A DNA stretch of 64,000 nucleotides from Endomicrobiales bacterium (GCA_963794945.1 CAWCFT010000008.1:32001-96000), one strand, 5' to 3'; positions 32,993 through 42,482 are shown, counted from the stretch's first letter. The notes: a model not told the origin generated them from the sequence alone. Numbers and translations are program-made.

Positions 32993-33130
32993 TAATATGA
33001 ACAAATAAAAAAAAGCGCTCCTGTTGGTACAAGTAATTCGAATGGCCGTTTGGTAACCACTCATGATATTGCTTTGTATCTGTACAACTTATAGGGAATG
33101 TTATTGCACGTGATCATGCCCTGTTAATAG

Positions 33131-33469
33131 CTAGATCACCGTCTCGCCTTGTTCTCCCGTTCTTATTTTTATGGCCGAATCAATGGAAGTAATAAATATC
33201 TTCCCGTCGCCTATCTTGCCTGTCCTAGCTGAATCGACTATTATTTTTACCGTTTCATCAACATCCTTATCGTTGACGACCGTTTCTACTTTTACTTTCT
33301 GTAATAAAGGTATCTTATATTTTTCACCTCTGAACTGCTTATAGATTCCTTTCTGCTGGCCGTTTCCCCTGGCTTCAATTATAGTAATTCCACCGCGGCC
33401 GGCTTTTTCGAGCGCTATTCGGACATCTTCAGCTTTATCAGGCTGCAGTATTGCTTCAATTTTTTTCAT
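33131..33469 (-). CDS. P-II family regulator
   Basis: MKKIEAI, GNGQQKG..FRGEKY, TGKIGDGKIF, IRTGE. Confidence 0.92.
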   Translation of the reverse strand: MKKIEAILQPDKAEDVRIALEKAGRGGITIIEARGNGQQKGIYKQFRGEKYKIPLLQKVKVETVVNDKDVDETVKIIVDSARTGKIGDGKIFITSIDSAIKIRTGEQGETVI

Positions 33470-33480
33470 GTCAACCTCCG

Positions 33481-35451
33481 TCAAACCCTTATAGGCAGCA
33501 AAACGAACGGAATGCCTTTTGAATAGAACAACCTTTGCATAACGAATACGGTGTAGTTGTGAAGCCAGCGCGAAATGTGAGATTCCTGTGGGAAAACGAG
33601 CTGCCCCCCGAAAAATATCGCGTTCGGGAACTTCTTAATTAGCGCCGGCATGATCTTCTCAGTTTCATTGATTACGTCTGTCCCGATCACCCGCATACCT
33701 TCCGCATAATACCCCTGGCTGCGCATGTACCGGGAATAGCGAAATACATCAGCTGTGCACTGGTCTTCAAGCTGCGTTATTTGCTCCACTCCCTTGAAAT
33801 TGCCGGCATCTATAACTCCGATCTGGACGAACACAAAGTTCTTAAAAGTCCCCTCAAACAATCGGACTATTCCGAAAAGTGTGTGAAGCCCGAGGCCGTT
33901 GAACCCATTTACGAAAATAACAGCCGTTTTTGCGGCCGGATCTAATATCTTATCCGGGACATCCTCAGGTGTGCCTACGGCGACTACGAGGTCGTTTAAC
34001 CTGCGCAGCAAGAGAGCGGTCTTGTAATAGTGGCGCTTTATTATCACTGCTAGAGCCACCAGGGCGCCGGTCATAAGCAGGGTTGCCCACCCGCCTTCGT
34101 TGAACTTTATAATGATCATCGAGACAAGAATAAACGTCGTAAGTATCATACCAATCCCGTTGACCGATATCTTCTTTTTCCACTCCTTGACTGTTTTTCT
34201 GGCCCCCCACCAGTGGCGCACCATGCCTGCTTGCGATAGAGTGAATGTTATAAAAACGTTTATGCTGTACAAAATAACCAGCAGCTGGACAGACCCACGT
34301 GTGATCAACAGCATTAGAAGCGCCGTAATACCCATGATAACGATACCGTTCTTGTTAACAAACCTATCGCTTAACATAGCGAACCGGGCAGGGAACCACC
34401 GGTCGAGCGCCATGTTCGCGAGCACCCTCGGGCCGTCAAGAAAGCCCGCCTGCGCCGCGACAAGCAGAAGGACCGCCTCTGAAAGAAGGGTTATCAGAAC
34501 GAACACGTATCCTGGCTTGCCCCAGCCGCTGGCAATCGTCTCAAAAAGGACTGCATTCAGCGTTTTCGCCGGGTTGAACTGAACGTGGTATATAAGATAG
34601 GCTGCCATAAGTCCCACAACGGTCACAGTAAGTGAAATAGCCATGTATCGCATGGTTTTCTTGGCGGTCTTGACCTTGGGGTCCCGAAGTATTGGAATCC
34701 CGTTGCTAACAGCTTCGATACCGGTGAACGTCCCCGCACCCATGCTGTAGGCTCGAAGAATTATCAGGAGCATTCCGAGAATTCCTATTTCAGAGTGAGT
34801 TTGCGAGATATCAAGGCGGGTCGCGTGAAGTAACACCGGCATTTGCCCGACATTTGAAATAAAAGCATAAGCTATGATAAAGATGTGTGTAGCCACGAAG
34901 GTAAGAAATATCGGCACAAGCGGCATGACCAATTCTTTAACCCCTCTCAGGTTCAGCACTATCATAAAAAGAAGCAAAATAGCAGAAAAATAAAGTTTAT
35001 ATTGACACAAATAGGCAGGAAGGAAGCTGAATACCGCGTCAGCGCCGCTCGCTATGGAAACCGTTATGGTAAGCACGTAATCTATAAGTAGCGCGCAGCC
35101 TGAGATCATCCCCAATTCAGGCGAAAGTAGTTTGCTCGCTACAAGATACCCTCCACCTCCGCTTGGGAAGAGCTCTATGGTTTGAGAGTAGCTTGTGCTG
35201 ATGATCATTATGGTAAATGCGCTTCCCAGGGCAACGAATAAGCTGAGATACAGGTGGCTGCCGAGAGCCAGGAACGCTTCCTGCGGGCCATAACACGACG
35301 AGGACAACCCGTCTGCGCCAAGGCCCACCCACGCGAAAAACGCCACCAGGGAAAGGTTATGAAATAACCTCGAATCGTGCGGGTCGTGCGCTTTTCCTAT
35401 GACTATATTTTTGATCTTTTGAAAAAATGACAGTTCGTTGATCTTGTTCAT
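33481..35451 (-). CDS. APC-superfamily permease, KimA/YdaO-like
   Basis: GADGLSSSCYGP, FPSGGGGY, TGIEAVSNG, YSINVFITFTLSQ, cytoplasmic C-domain. Confidence 0.85.
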   Translation of the reverse strand: MNKINELSFFQKIKNIVIGKAHDPHDSRLFHNLSLVAFFAWVGLGADGLSSSCYGPQEAFLALGSHLYLSLFVALGSAFTIMIISTSYSQTIELFPSGGGGYLVASKLLSPELGMISGCALLIDYVLTITVSIASGADAVFSFLPAYLCQYKLYFSAILLLFMIVLNLRGVKELVMPLVPIFLTFVATHIFIIAYAFISNVGQMPVLLHATRLDISQTHSEIGILGMLLIILRAYSMGAGTFTGIEAVSNGIPILRDPKVKTAKKTMRYMAISLTVTVVGLMAAYLIYHVQFNPAKTLNAVLFETIASGWGKPGYVFVLITLLSEAVLLLVAAQAGFLDGPRVLANMALDRWFPARFAMLSDRFVNKNGIVIMGITALLMLLITRGSVQLLVILYSINVFITFTLSQAGMVRHWWGARKTVKEWKKKISVNGIGMILTTFILVSMIIIKFNEGGWATLLMTGALVALAVIIKRHYYKTALLLRRLNDLVVAVGTPEDVPDKILDPAAKTAVIFVNGFNGLGLHTLFGIVRLFEGTFKNFVFVQIGVIDAGNFKGVEQITQLEDQCTADVFRYSRYMRSQGYYAEGMRVIGTDVINETEKIMPALIKKFPNAIFFGGQLVFPQESHISRWLHNYTVFVMQRLFYSKGIPFVLLPIRV

Positions 35452-35545
35452 ACGATGTCCAGATGATCAAGTAAAATTTTACCCTCCCACGTTCTTTATG
35501 GAGTGAATAAAGAACAGTGGAGAGGGTAAAATATTTTACAGTATC

Positions 35546-35884
35546 TTAAACTGCCAGTTCGCCTTGTTCGTCAGTGCGGATCCTTACCGCATTCTCTACC
35601 GGGTAAACGAATATCTTGCCGTCGCCGACTTTGCCTGTAAAAGCCGCGTCGCGTATGGCTTTTATCGTTTTCGCAACGTTGCTGTCTTTTACTACCACTT
35701 CTACTCTTGCCTTGGTAAGCAGGCTAACCTTATACGTTTTGCCACGAACCATCGCCTCAACGCCCGCTTGAGCTCCGTGCCCTTCTATCTCAGTTATCAT
35801 TACACCAGGATGCCCTACTTTAGCGAGCACTGCTATTACTTCGCCTACTTTACTGGGACGTATTATAGCTTCAATTTTTTTCAT
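35546..35884 (-). CDS. P-II family regulator
   Basis: [37 protein letters not shown]. Confidence 0.93.
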   Translation of the reverse strand: MKKIEAIIRPSKVGEVIAVLAKVGHPGVMITEIEGHGAQAGVEAMVRGKTYKVSLLTKARVEVVVKDSNVAKTIKAIRDAAFTGKVGDGKIFVYPVENAVRIRTDEQGELAV

Positions 35885-35908
35885 GTTAGACTCCGTTAAG
35901 AATTATTT

Positions 35909-37777
35909 TTATATAGCCAAAATTCCCTTTTCTCCGGTCCTTATCCTCATGGCGTCTTTGGCGTCCAGCACGAATATCTTGCCGTCGCCCGCCTGGCCGG
36001 TCGCGAGGATATCGCGCATTATCGCCATTATCTTTTCGACGTCCCAGTCCTTAACTACCAGGTCTACCCTGACTTTAGGTACAAAAGCGATACTATCGGT
36101 GATCTGAGTGTCGCCGTCGGCTTTGCCTTTTTGCCTGCCGAACCCTTTGACTTTTGTCACGGTCATACCAAGGATCATATCTTCATCCTTAAGCACCTCG
36201 ACAAGTATGTTCAAGGCTTCGGGACGGATAGTGGCAGATACCATTTTCATTGTATAGCTTTTCTTGACAGTCGTGATCGCGACATAGGCGAAACTCACAA
36301 GAGCCCAGCCGCCCGCGAGGTAGAAGCATATATCAGCTTCGGCCTTGGAATCGGCATTACCTATCCTGTATAGGTATATTATCGCGACAAGCATTATGAC
36401 ATTCATAACTATGCCAAGCGCCGGAATCAGTCCGTGTCTGATGAAGTTAAAGTCTTTCCTACCTTTGAACGCTATTATCGTCCATATGCAAGTAAGTCCG
36501 TACAGAATGAACGTACCGAAGTTAGACGCAAGCGATATCCCGGTAAGGCCTACAACGGAACGCACTCCAATCGCGGCTATTACGGACGAAACTATTATGA
36601 GAGTCCACAGCGCTATGTGGGGCGTCGAGAACTTCTCGTGTATGAAACCCATCATGCTGGGCAGCTCCCTGTCGCCCGCCATACCGGCGCTTACCCTCAT
36701 GGCTGTGTTCATACAGCTGAGCGTTGTGCCAATTATGGCTATAGCTACGGTGAACGCCATAGTCATCATAAGTCCGAAACCTAAGCCCGGTACCATGCTA
36801 TCGCCTATGAGCTTTGTAAGGTCGCCTATCGGCGCTCCCGAAGCCGCGGCGGCGGCCATGCCGGTCGTTGTAACTGTTCCGGTCACGTTGACCAGTTTTT
36901 CACTTATCATTGAACCCGCGCAGAAATACTCAAGCAGGTAAGCAATCAGGCCTTGGACTACCAATGATATGATTATCGCTTTTGGTATAGTTTTTGACGG
37001 TTCCTTCGTTTCGGCAGCAAGCGCCGTACAGCTTTCAAAACCAACCAGTATCAATATGGCGATAGTAGATTGTATCAATATGCCGTTCAATGAATGAGGT
37101 TTCATTATGTCCAAAGCGCCGCTAAAAGCCCACGTCGCCGCGTGTTGAGGGTTAGCAATGCGGTACCATATAGCAAGCGCGCTGAAGACCGCGAGCGATA
37201 TCCATTGAATAACATTTATCCAGATAGAGGTCGTGGTTGACCCAGTTACACCGCGGAACGCTACATATCCGGTCGCTATAGCGAATACCACGCCAATCCC
37301 CGTAAGCGACATCACTGAAAGCGTACCGCCTGTAAATTGCGTGTATATGTAGCCTATCATCGTAGCCATCATGGCGACCATTACTCCCGGGTATACCCAA
37401 TAGAACAAGTGAGCGGCCCAACCGGTCACGAGCTTGGCAATTCGCGCAAGCGATGTCGGTGTGCTTTTTACTCCCTCTTTGCCTTCAAGGAAGGATTTTT
37501 CCGCGAAATATGTCACGCTCGCGAAACCAGCTTCAGGGTATATCCTGGCCAGTTCCGAATAGGAAAGGGCAGTAAGAAAGCATATACCCAAAGCCACTAT
37601 AATACCGAACCATATGTCACCTGACACTGATGCCCCGCTCGGTGAGGCAGCGGCGGCCTGCATCTGGTATGTTATCCATAAGAACGCCCCCGGGGCTATT
37701 AACGCCATGGCATTCATCGAAGCTCCCAAAAGGCCCAGCGTTGGTTTTACTTTTGAAGTAGTTATATTTTCTGACAT
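35909..37777 (-). CDS. APC amino-acid/amine permease fused to a C-terminal P-II domain
   Basis: 12-TM APC core (GFESCTALAAE, TP..A), then KMVSATIRP..GFGRQKG..VPKVRV..TGQAGDGKIFV..RIRTGE in one ORF. Confidence 0.9.
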   Translation of the reverse strand: MSENITTSKVKPTLGLLGASMNAMALIAPGAFLWITYQMQAAAASPSGASVSGDIWFGIIVALGICFLTALSYSELARIYPEAGFASVTYFAEKSFLEGKEGVKSTPTSLARIAKLVTGWAAHLFYWVYPGVMVAMMATMIGYIYTQFTGGTLSVMSLTGIGVVFAIATGYVAFRGVTGSTTTSIWINVIQWISLAVFSALAIWYRIANPQHAATWAFSGALDIMKPHSLNGILIQSTIAILILVGFESCTALAAETKEPSKTIPKAIIISLVVQGLIAYLLEYFCAGSMISEKLVNVTGTVTTTGMAAAAASGAPIGDLTKLIGDSMVPGLGFGLMMTMAFTVAIAIIGTTLSCMNTAMRVSAGMAGDRELPSMMGFIHEKFSTPHIALWTLIIVSSVIAAIGVRSVVGLTGISLASNFGTFILYGLTCIWTIIAFKGRKDFNFIRHGLIPALGIVMNVIMLVAIIYLYRIGNADSKAEADICFYLAGGWALVSFAYVAITTVKKSYTMKMVSATIRPEALNILVEVLKDEDMILGMTVTKVKGFGRQKGKADGDTQITDSIAFVPKVRVDLVVKDWDVEKIMAIMRDILATGQAGDGKIFVLDAKDAMRIRTGEKGILAI

Positions 37778-37806
37778 TTTATGTTCCTCCTTTTACAAAA
37801 TCTGGA

Positions 37807-38521
37807 CTAGAAGTTTATGTCCAGTTGTGTGGTGACCATGTGGTTGACGTAACCGCCTACAGCGTTCGGGTTGTTCGGGACTACGTAGCCGAAAAGGACG
37901 CTGGTGTTCGGCGAAAAGGCGTACGAGAAACCGTACGATAGAACTCCGTAATAGCTCTGTCCCGAGGCATAATCTATTGATGCCCACCACTTGTCGTTTA
38001 TCTGCTTGTCGAAGGTAGCAATCATGCCCGTGTTCGCGGCCAGCGCCCTTCTCGTCAAGCAACAGCTTGTTGTTCCCGGCGTAATATCCTACGGTAAATC
38101 TCCCGACCGGCTTGAACGTCTTTGCTATCAGAGCGTAAACTATATTGAAATCCGTGAAGTCCGGTTTTGTACCGAAGTTCTGGCCTCCGACCGCTATCGC
38201 GGGTCTTTTGTCGCCCTCGGGCAATGCGTACTTGGCGTTGAACTGAAGCGGATCATCGGGAGCTCCGAAATAATTAGCGCCGAAATAATCAAAACCGACT
38301 TCCAGGTTCGTGATTGGGCCGTAGGTCAGGTTGACGTCCGTGGGAACGTTTACGGGCTTTGTCTTGTTATCGGTAACCGAGAAATAGTTATCGATACCCA
38401 GGTGCCATGTTTTTACTGTTTGGATGTCAGTCGACGGGTTCCATATCTGCGAGGATGGTGTGGCGTAAAGTGAAGCTGTAGTGGTAAGGCTTATAAGCAA
38501 TGACCAGAATAACTTTTTCAT
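37807..38521 (-). CDS. Exported outer-membrane beta-barrel/porin-like protein (frameshift ~38045)
   Basis: Signal peptide, TPSSQIWNPSTD, C-terminal TTQLDINF. Confidence 0.7.
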
Positions 38522-38565
38522 TTGAATGTCCTCCTTGGATTAAAACGACTTTTGCGCTTGTAAAT

Positions 38566-38633
38566 AAAAAAACTACTTTCCCGGGCGTTGGGTCAAGTAG
38601 GCGTCTTTGTCTATTAGGAGGACTTCAATGTCC
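38566..38633 (-). promoter_or_regulatory. ANTAR-type dual hairpin overlapping an intrinsic terminator (porin/APC-PII leader)
   Basis: ggaC-ATTGAA-Gtcc, then tagaC-AAAGAC-Gccta overlapping ctactt..ccc/ggg..aagtag-T7. Confidence 0.8.
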
Positions 38634-38663
38634 GTTCTGCTATTAAGTTGTTTACTGCTTCAA

Positions 38664-39218
38664 TTATACAAGTAAGCTTGAATAATTTCTGGTAACCTTA
38701 TCAGCTATTTGTTTCTTGTGTTTAACTATCATAACATGAGAAATGCCTAGTATCCTGCCTGTTTCTCTAACAGTGTAGCCGTTATAAAGGTAGCGGATAA
38801 TGTCTTTTTCCAGTATGGAAAGGCCGTTGTTCATTATTTTTTCGTACAACTCTGTCGATTCGAACTGTTCATTAATCCCGGGCAGACCATCAGGCAGCAT
38901 TTCTTCTAAAGAGTTAGAACCTTCCCCTCCAATTACGTCCAAAGAATTGGACGATGAGCCGAAAGGTTCATCAAGGCTCACGAGCTTCACCTGGTCTTTA
39001 ACATTTCTCAAGTAGTTCCTTATATGAAAATAACAGGCTTGCGTGATATAACTTTCTGTCTTATCTTCAAGTATGCCTTCCCGCCACATCTTCCATAGGT
39101 GAAACCTCATCTCGGCGTAGAGATCGTCCGCGTCGGTATAACTGCATATGCTTGAATATTTTGCCGCTATGTTCTTCAGTTTTTCAAAAACGGTGTAAAA
39201 ACGGGTTTCAAAGTCCAC
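38664..39218 (-). CDS. Sigma-70 family (ECF-like) sigma factor
   Basis: Region 2 (DADDLYAEMRFHLW..YLR), VSLDEP, region 4 HTH (GYTVRETGRILGISH). Confidence 0.8.
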   Translation of the reverse strand: MDFETRFYTVFEKLKNIAAKYSSICSYTDADDLYAEMRFHLWKMWREGILEDKTESYITQACYFHIRNYLRNVKDQVKLVSLDEPFGSSSNSLDVIGGEGSNSLEEMLPDGLPGINEQFESTELYEKIMNNGLSILEKDIIRYLYNGYTVRETGRILGISHVMIVKHKKQIADKVTRNYSSLLV

Positions 39219-39939
39219 TTAAAACACCTCCTTCCTTGTCAACGATAATAAGCGCTCCGTTATCCATAAGCGTCCACTCAAAACCTGGCAGCGGCTCGGA
39301 ACAAAATGAGAAAGAGTGCCGCTCTGAATTGGAGAAATACAGCGTGTAATATTCTTCGTCTTCAGAAAAATCCCTGAACCCGATCAGATATTTTTTGTTA
39401 GACAGCAGGAATGTCAAAGATGTACACTTGCACACCGCTTTTATCTTGCTGACAGCACCCTTTATCAGTTCCTGATATTCATCAATTTGTTTATTGCCTA
39501 GCGTGCTTATCAGGTATTTGAAAAATCTCTCTGAATCCGTGCCGCCCTCATACGAGTATCCTGGAATCTCTATATTTTCAGGCTTTTCCACTGTCCCGTT
39601 GTGGCAGAATATCCATTCCTTATATATGAAAGGGTGTGAATTTTCAATCATAATGCCGCCTTCCGAAGCGCTTCTCATATGCGCAATGACTATTTTTGAT
39701 TTTGAAGCCACGGCTTTAGCCGTTGCTTTTTCGTAATCTTCAGTTTCAACCGCGGCGTTACCGGAACTTCTTCCGAAATGCACCGTCCAACCACCGAGGT
39801 AACCGGCTACGCCCCACCCATCGCCATGACCTTCTTTCATGGTCCTCAGGCTGTTGCCTTCGAGCGACAGCCTTTGAAAATCTTCGAACCACAGCGGTGA
39901 TATTTTATTATTAGAAGCAAGCCCTATCATTCTGCACAT
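39208..39939 (-). CDS. Class II glutamine amidotransferase (YafJ/EgtC-like Ntn hydrolase)
   Basis: N-terminal MCR (catalytic Cys), HGDGWG, AHMRSAS, NSHPF, HNG, TDSE. Confidence 0.9.
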   Translation of the reverse strand: MCRMIGLASNNKISPLWFEDFQRLSLEGNSLRTMKEGHGDGWGVAGYLGGWTVHFGRSSGNAAVETEDYEKATAKAVASKSKIVIAHMRSASEGGIMIENSHPFIYKEWIFCHNGTVEKPENIEIPGYSYEGGTDSERFFKYLISTLGNKQIDEYQELIKGAVSKIKAVCKCTSLTFLLSNKKYLIGFRDFSEDEEYYTLYFSNSERHSFSFCSEPLPGFEWTLMDNGALIIVDKEGGVLSGL

Positions 39940-40037
39940 CTGATCCTCCTGCCGAAACATCTGGCGGATTCGGTTCGAATAAATGCTCAAATCGTATCAA
40001 TTAGTCCTATGTCAGAACAACCAATGTTCCTTTAAAC

Positions 40038-40198
40038 AAAAAAAGTCTTCAAACCCCGTTAAACGAGATCTAAAGACTTCATAGTCTTTCGGTTTTCCAA
40101 GCGCCTATGCTTTAGAAAACCATTCACTGCTTTAAAATTAAAAATCCCCAAATCGAAACCGATTCGAGGACTTCTTTGTCCTGCACCAATATTATAGC
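40038..40198 (-). promoter_or_regulatory. Extended -10 promoter and two tandem ANTAR-type hairpin/terminator units
   Basis: TGcTATAAT (40191-40199); ggaC-AAAGAA-Gtcc plus terminator; aagC-ATAGGC-Gctt and aagaC-TATGAA-Gtctt plus terminator T7. Confidence 0.75.
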
Positions 40199-40230
40199 AC
40201 TTTAATCGTATTTGTCAAGTATTGCAATCT

Positions 40231-40338
40231 GATCAAAGGATTAAAAGTTCAAGGTTCAATTCAACTACTAAATCAAAATTAACAAGCAACGGCCTATATC
40301 TTACCTTTGAACCTTGAACCCTTGAACTTTTCAACCCT
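40231..40338. repeat. Inverted repeat hairpin, type C
   Basis: gatcaaag gattaaaa gttcaag gttcaa ... tttgaac cttgaacc cttgaac ttttcaac. Confidence 0.8.
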
Positions 40339-40341
40339 GCT

Positions 40342-41346
40342 TTAAGATTCCTCTTCCATCATTTTGTCAAAAAATTCCAGATACTTGTTCGGCGTCGCAC
40401 CCTCGGATGCTTTTATCGCATCCCTGGGGTGCTGGTTTAGCTGACCGGATATCATATAGTTGATGTTATACCCCCAAAGCATTTTTTCACGCAGAGGTAT
40501 GAAGACTTTTTCTATTGTGTCTAGTACGGGCCTGAGGTCGAACCTGGGGTTTTTGAGAAAACCAAGCAGCAGTTCAAGCGGGCAGTTCCCCGCGCCCCTG
40601 CCGAGGCCGTTAATAGTGGCATCCAGGCGGTTGGCGCCATATATTAGAGCGTCTATAGTATTCGCATAGGCCAACTGCTGGTTATTATGGGCGTGGATAC
40701 CGACTTCTTTATTAGTGCCGGCAAGAATGTTCACAAAATTCTTGGTCAACTCCCTTATCTGCTCAGGATATAATGACCCGAAACTGTCTACAACGTATAC
40801 AGTATCGACTGGCGTCCTGGCTAATGCCTCTATAGCTTCAAAAAGGTCTTTATCTTGCAACACTGAGACCGCCATCAGGTTAAGCGTGGTCTCATAGCCT
40901 TTGTCGTGAGCGTCTTTTATCATGTCGATCGCTGTCGGTATCTGGTGAATATAGGTAGCGACCCTTATTACATCTATAACGCTTTTTTCTTTCGGAAGTA
41001 TATCGGCGTGGTAGTCTGTCCTCTCGGCGTTTGCCATAACGCTGAGCTTTGTGCCGGTCTTGTTCTCCCCGACAATTCGTCTAATATCGTCTTCGTCGCA
41101 GAACTTCCAGGCTCCGAACTTGGCGGGCGCGAATATCTTCTTAGATGCCTTATAGCCCAGCTCCATATAGTTTACACCGGCCGCAACACAGGTATCATAA
41201 ACGGTCTTGACGAACTTGTCATCAAACTTAAGATCGTTAATAAGCCCGCCGTCCCTAACTGTGCAGTCAAGTATCTTTATTTCGGGCCTGTATGTTACCC
41301 AGGTCCCTTTCGCGTTCTTGTCTTTCTCGTGGTTTACTGCGTTCAT
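40342..41346 (-). CDS. DRE-TIM metallolyase (HMGL-like; 4-hydroxy-2-oxovalerate aldolase-related)
   Basis: LDCTVRDGG, VVDSFGS, GIHAHNNQQLAYAN, GLGRGAGN. Confidence 0.85.
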   Translation of the reverse strand: MNAVNHEKDKNAKGTWVTYRPEIKILDCTVRDGGLINDLKFDDKFVKTVYDTCVAAGVNYMELGYKASKKIFAPAKFGAWKFCDEDDIRRIVGENKTGTKLSVMANAERTDYHADILPKEKSVIDVIRVATYIHQIPTAIDMIKDAHDKGYETTLNLMAVSVLQDKDLFEAIEALARTPVDTVYVVDSFGSLYPEQIRELTKNFVNILAGTNKEVGIHAHNNQQLAYANTIDALIYGANRLDATINGLGRGAGNCPLELLLGFLKNPRFDLRPVLDTIEKVFIPLREKMLWGYNINYMISGQLNQHPRDAIKASEGATPNKYLEFFDKMMEEES

Positions 41347-42401
41347 ATAATTATCTCCAAAATAATAAAATATACTACCATCAAAATAAATCCAAGCGGT
41401 AATCCGATCCTGGCCCACTGACGGCTTGTTATGCCCAGCCGTCCGGCCGAAATTATGTTCGGTATGTTGCCTGGTATAAGCATGCCACCAGCTATCAAGA
41501 GCCCAAGCAGCGCCGACTGTATCTGCACCAACCCCATTTTCGGGCTTATCTCTGCCGCGGTGAGAGTGGCGTTGTCAACAACCGCAGAAGCTGTATTCAA
41601 CCAGTAAAGAGCCGCTGCCGGCATATTTATCACGTATTTATCTACAACAGGTTTCAAACCTGTTCCCAGCAGCACCAGTGCAACTACAAAAACATAAACT
41701 TTAAAAGACCTGATGAAAATATCTTTGAATGTTTCTCGGTCAATTTCATGGAAACCGGTTTTATCCGAGCCTTCCCTGACGCTCGGCTCAATGAACCACC
41801 CCGTTATTCCCAACCCTATTACACCCGGTATAATGAAAAAGCCGAGATGTCTGAATATGAACAGAAAACCGGCATTGTAAGGGCCTGCAGCCAGTTTCGC
41901 TACGCAGATCGTTGAGAGAGGCTCGCCAATAGGTGTCAGCGCTGCCCCGAGACCTATGGAAAAACACCCAAGCACGACAAGTTTGAGCTCATACTCTTTA
42001 GAGAGCTTTAGCGCTGACACAACTTCAACAAGCAGTATGGCCGCTATTATCGCGGTTATAACGCTTGACAGGAGCCCCAGGATCACGACTAAAGCGAAAC
42101 AGAACAGCTTTGACCCCATTACCCTTTCAATGCTTACTATAAACTTGGTAACTTGGCTTTTGAAATAGAAAATTATAACCCCAAAAACAAGTACTGCAGC
42201 CGTTATAAACAACGGTTCTTTCAGTGCCTGAGTTAAAAGACCTAGCGACCACACCGGCTCCTGCCCCCACCCGTGAGAAAAACTGACGCTGAGAACGCCC
42301 ATAAAAAAAAGAAAAGCTTCTAAGTTCTTTTCTATTATGTGCACGCTTAACGGTAAAAATAGCACGAGCAGCACTACCAGCGTAAGGCTTATTATGAGCA
42401 T
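41343..42401 (-). CDS. DUF1646-family membrane protein (putative cation transporter)
   Basis: EKNLEAFLF, GAALTPIGEPLSTI, DNATLTAAEI, GGMLIPGNIPNII. Confidence 0.88.
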   Translation of the reverse strand: MLIISLTLVVLLVLFLPLSVHIIEKNLEAFLFFMGVLSVSFSHGWGQEPVWSLGLLTQALKEPLFITAAVLVFGVIIFYFKSQVTKFIVSIERVMGSKLFCFALVVILGLLSSVITAIIAAILLVEVVSALKLSKEYELKLVVLGCFSIGLGAALTPIGEPLSTICVAKLAAGPYNAGFLFIFRHLGFFIIPGVIGLGITGWFIEPSVREGSDKTGFHEIDRETFKDIFIRSFKVYVFVVALVLLGTGLKPVVDKYVINMPAAALYWLNTASAVVDNATLTAAEISPKMGLVQIQSALLGLLIAGGMLIPGNIPNIISAGRLGITSRQWARIGLPLGFILMVVYFIILEIII

Positions 42402-42410
42402 ATTTTAAAC

Positions 42411-42482
42411 CAATTACAAATCGCAAATTAATGTTATTCTTTACGTCATGAATCAGTAATATGCAAGTTGCAATCTGTAATT
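42411..42482. repeat. Short inverted heptamer-repeat hairpin
   Basis: aattaca aatcgca aatt ... atatgca agttgca atctgta att. Confidence 0.55.

Noticed and set aside
33000..33090. Additional ANTAR/terminator unit upstream of the amtB leader
   Set aside because: A T8 tract is present but there is no convincing stem or hexaloop pair; at most a degenerate relic.
33098..33122. Sigma-54 promoter (GGCATG...TGCA on the minus strand) before amtB
   Set aside because: GG-to-GC spacing is 11 nt rather than the required 10.
42402..42480. Na+ (DUF1646) riboswitch upstream of the DUF1646 gene
   Set aside because: The interval is an AT-rich inverted-repeat hairpin with no recognisable aptamer.
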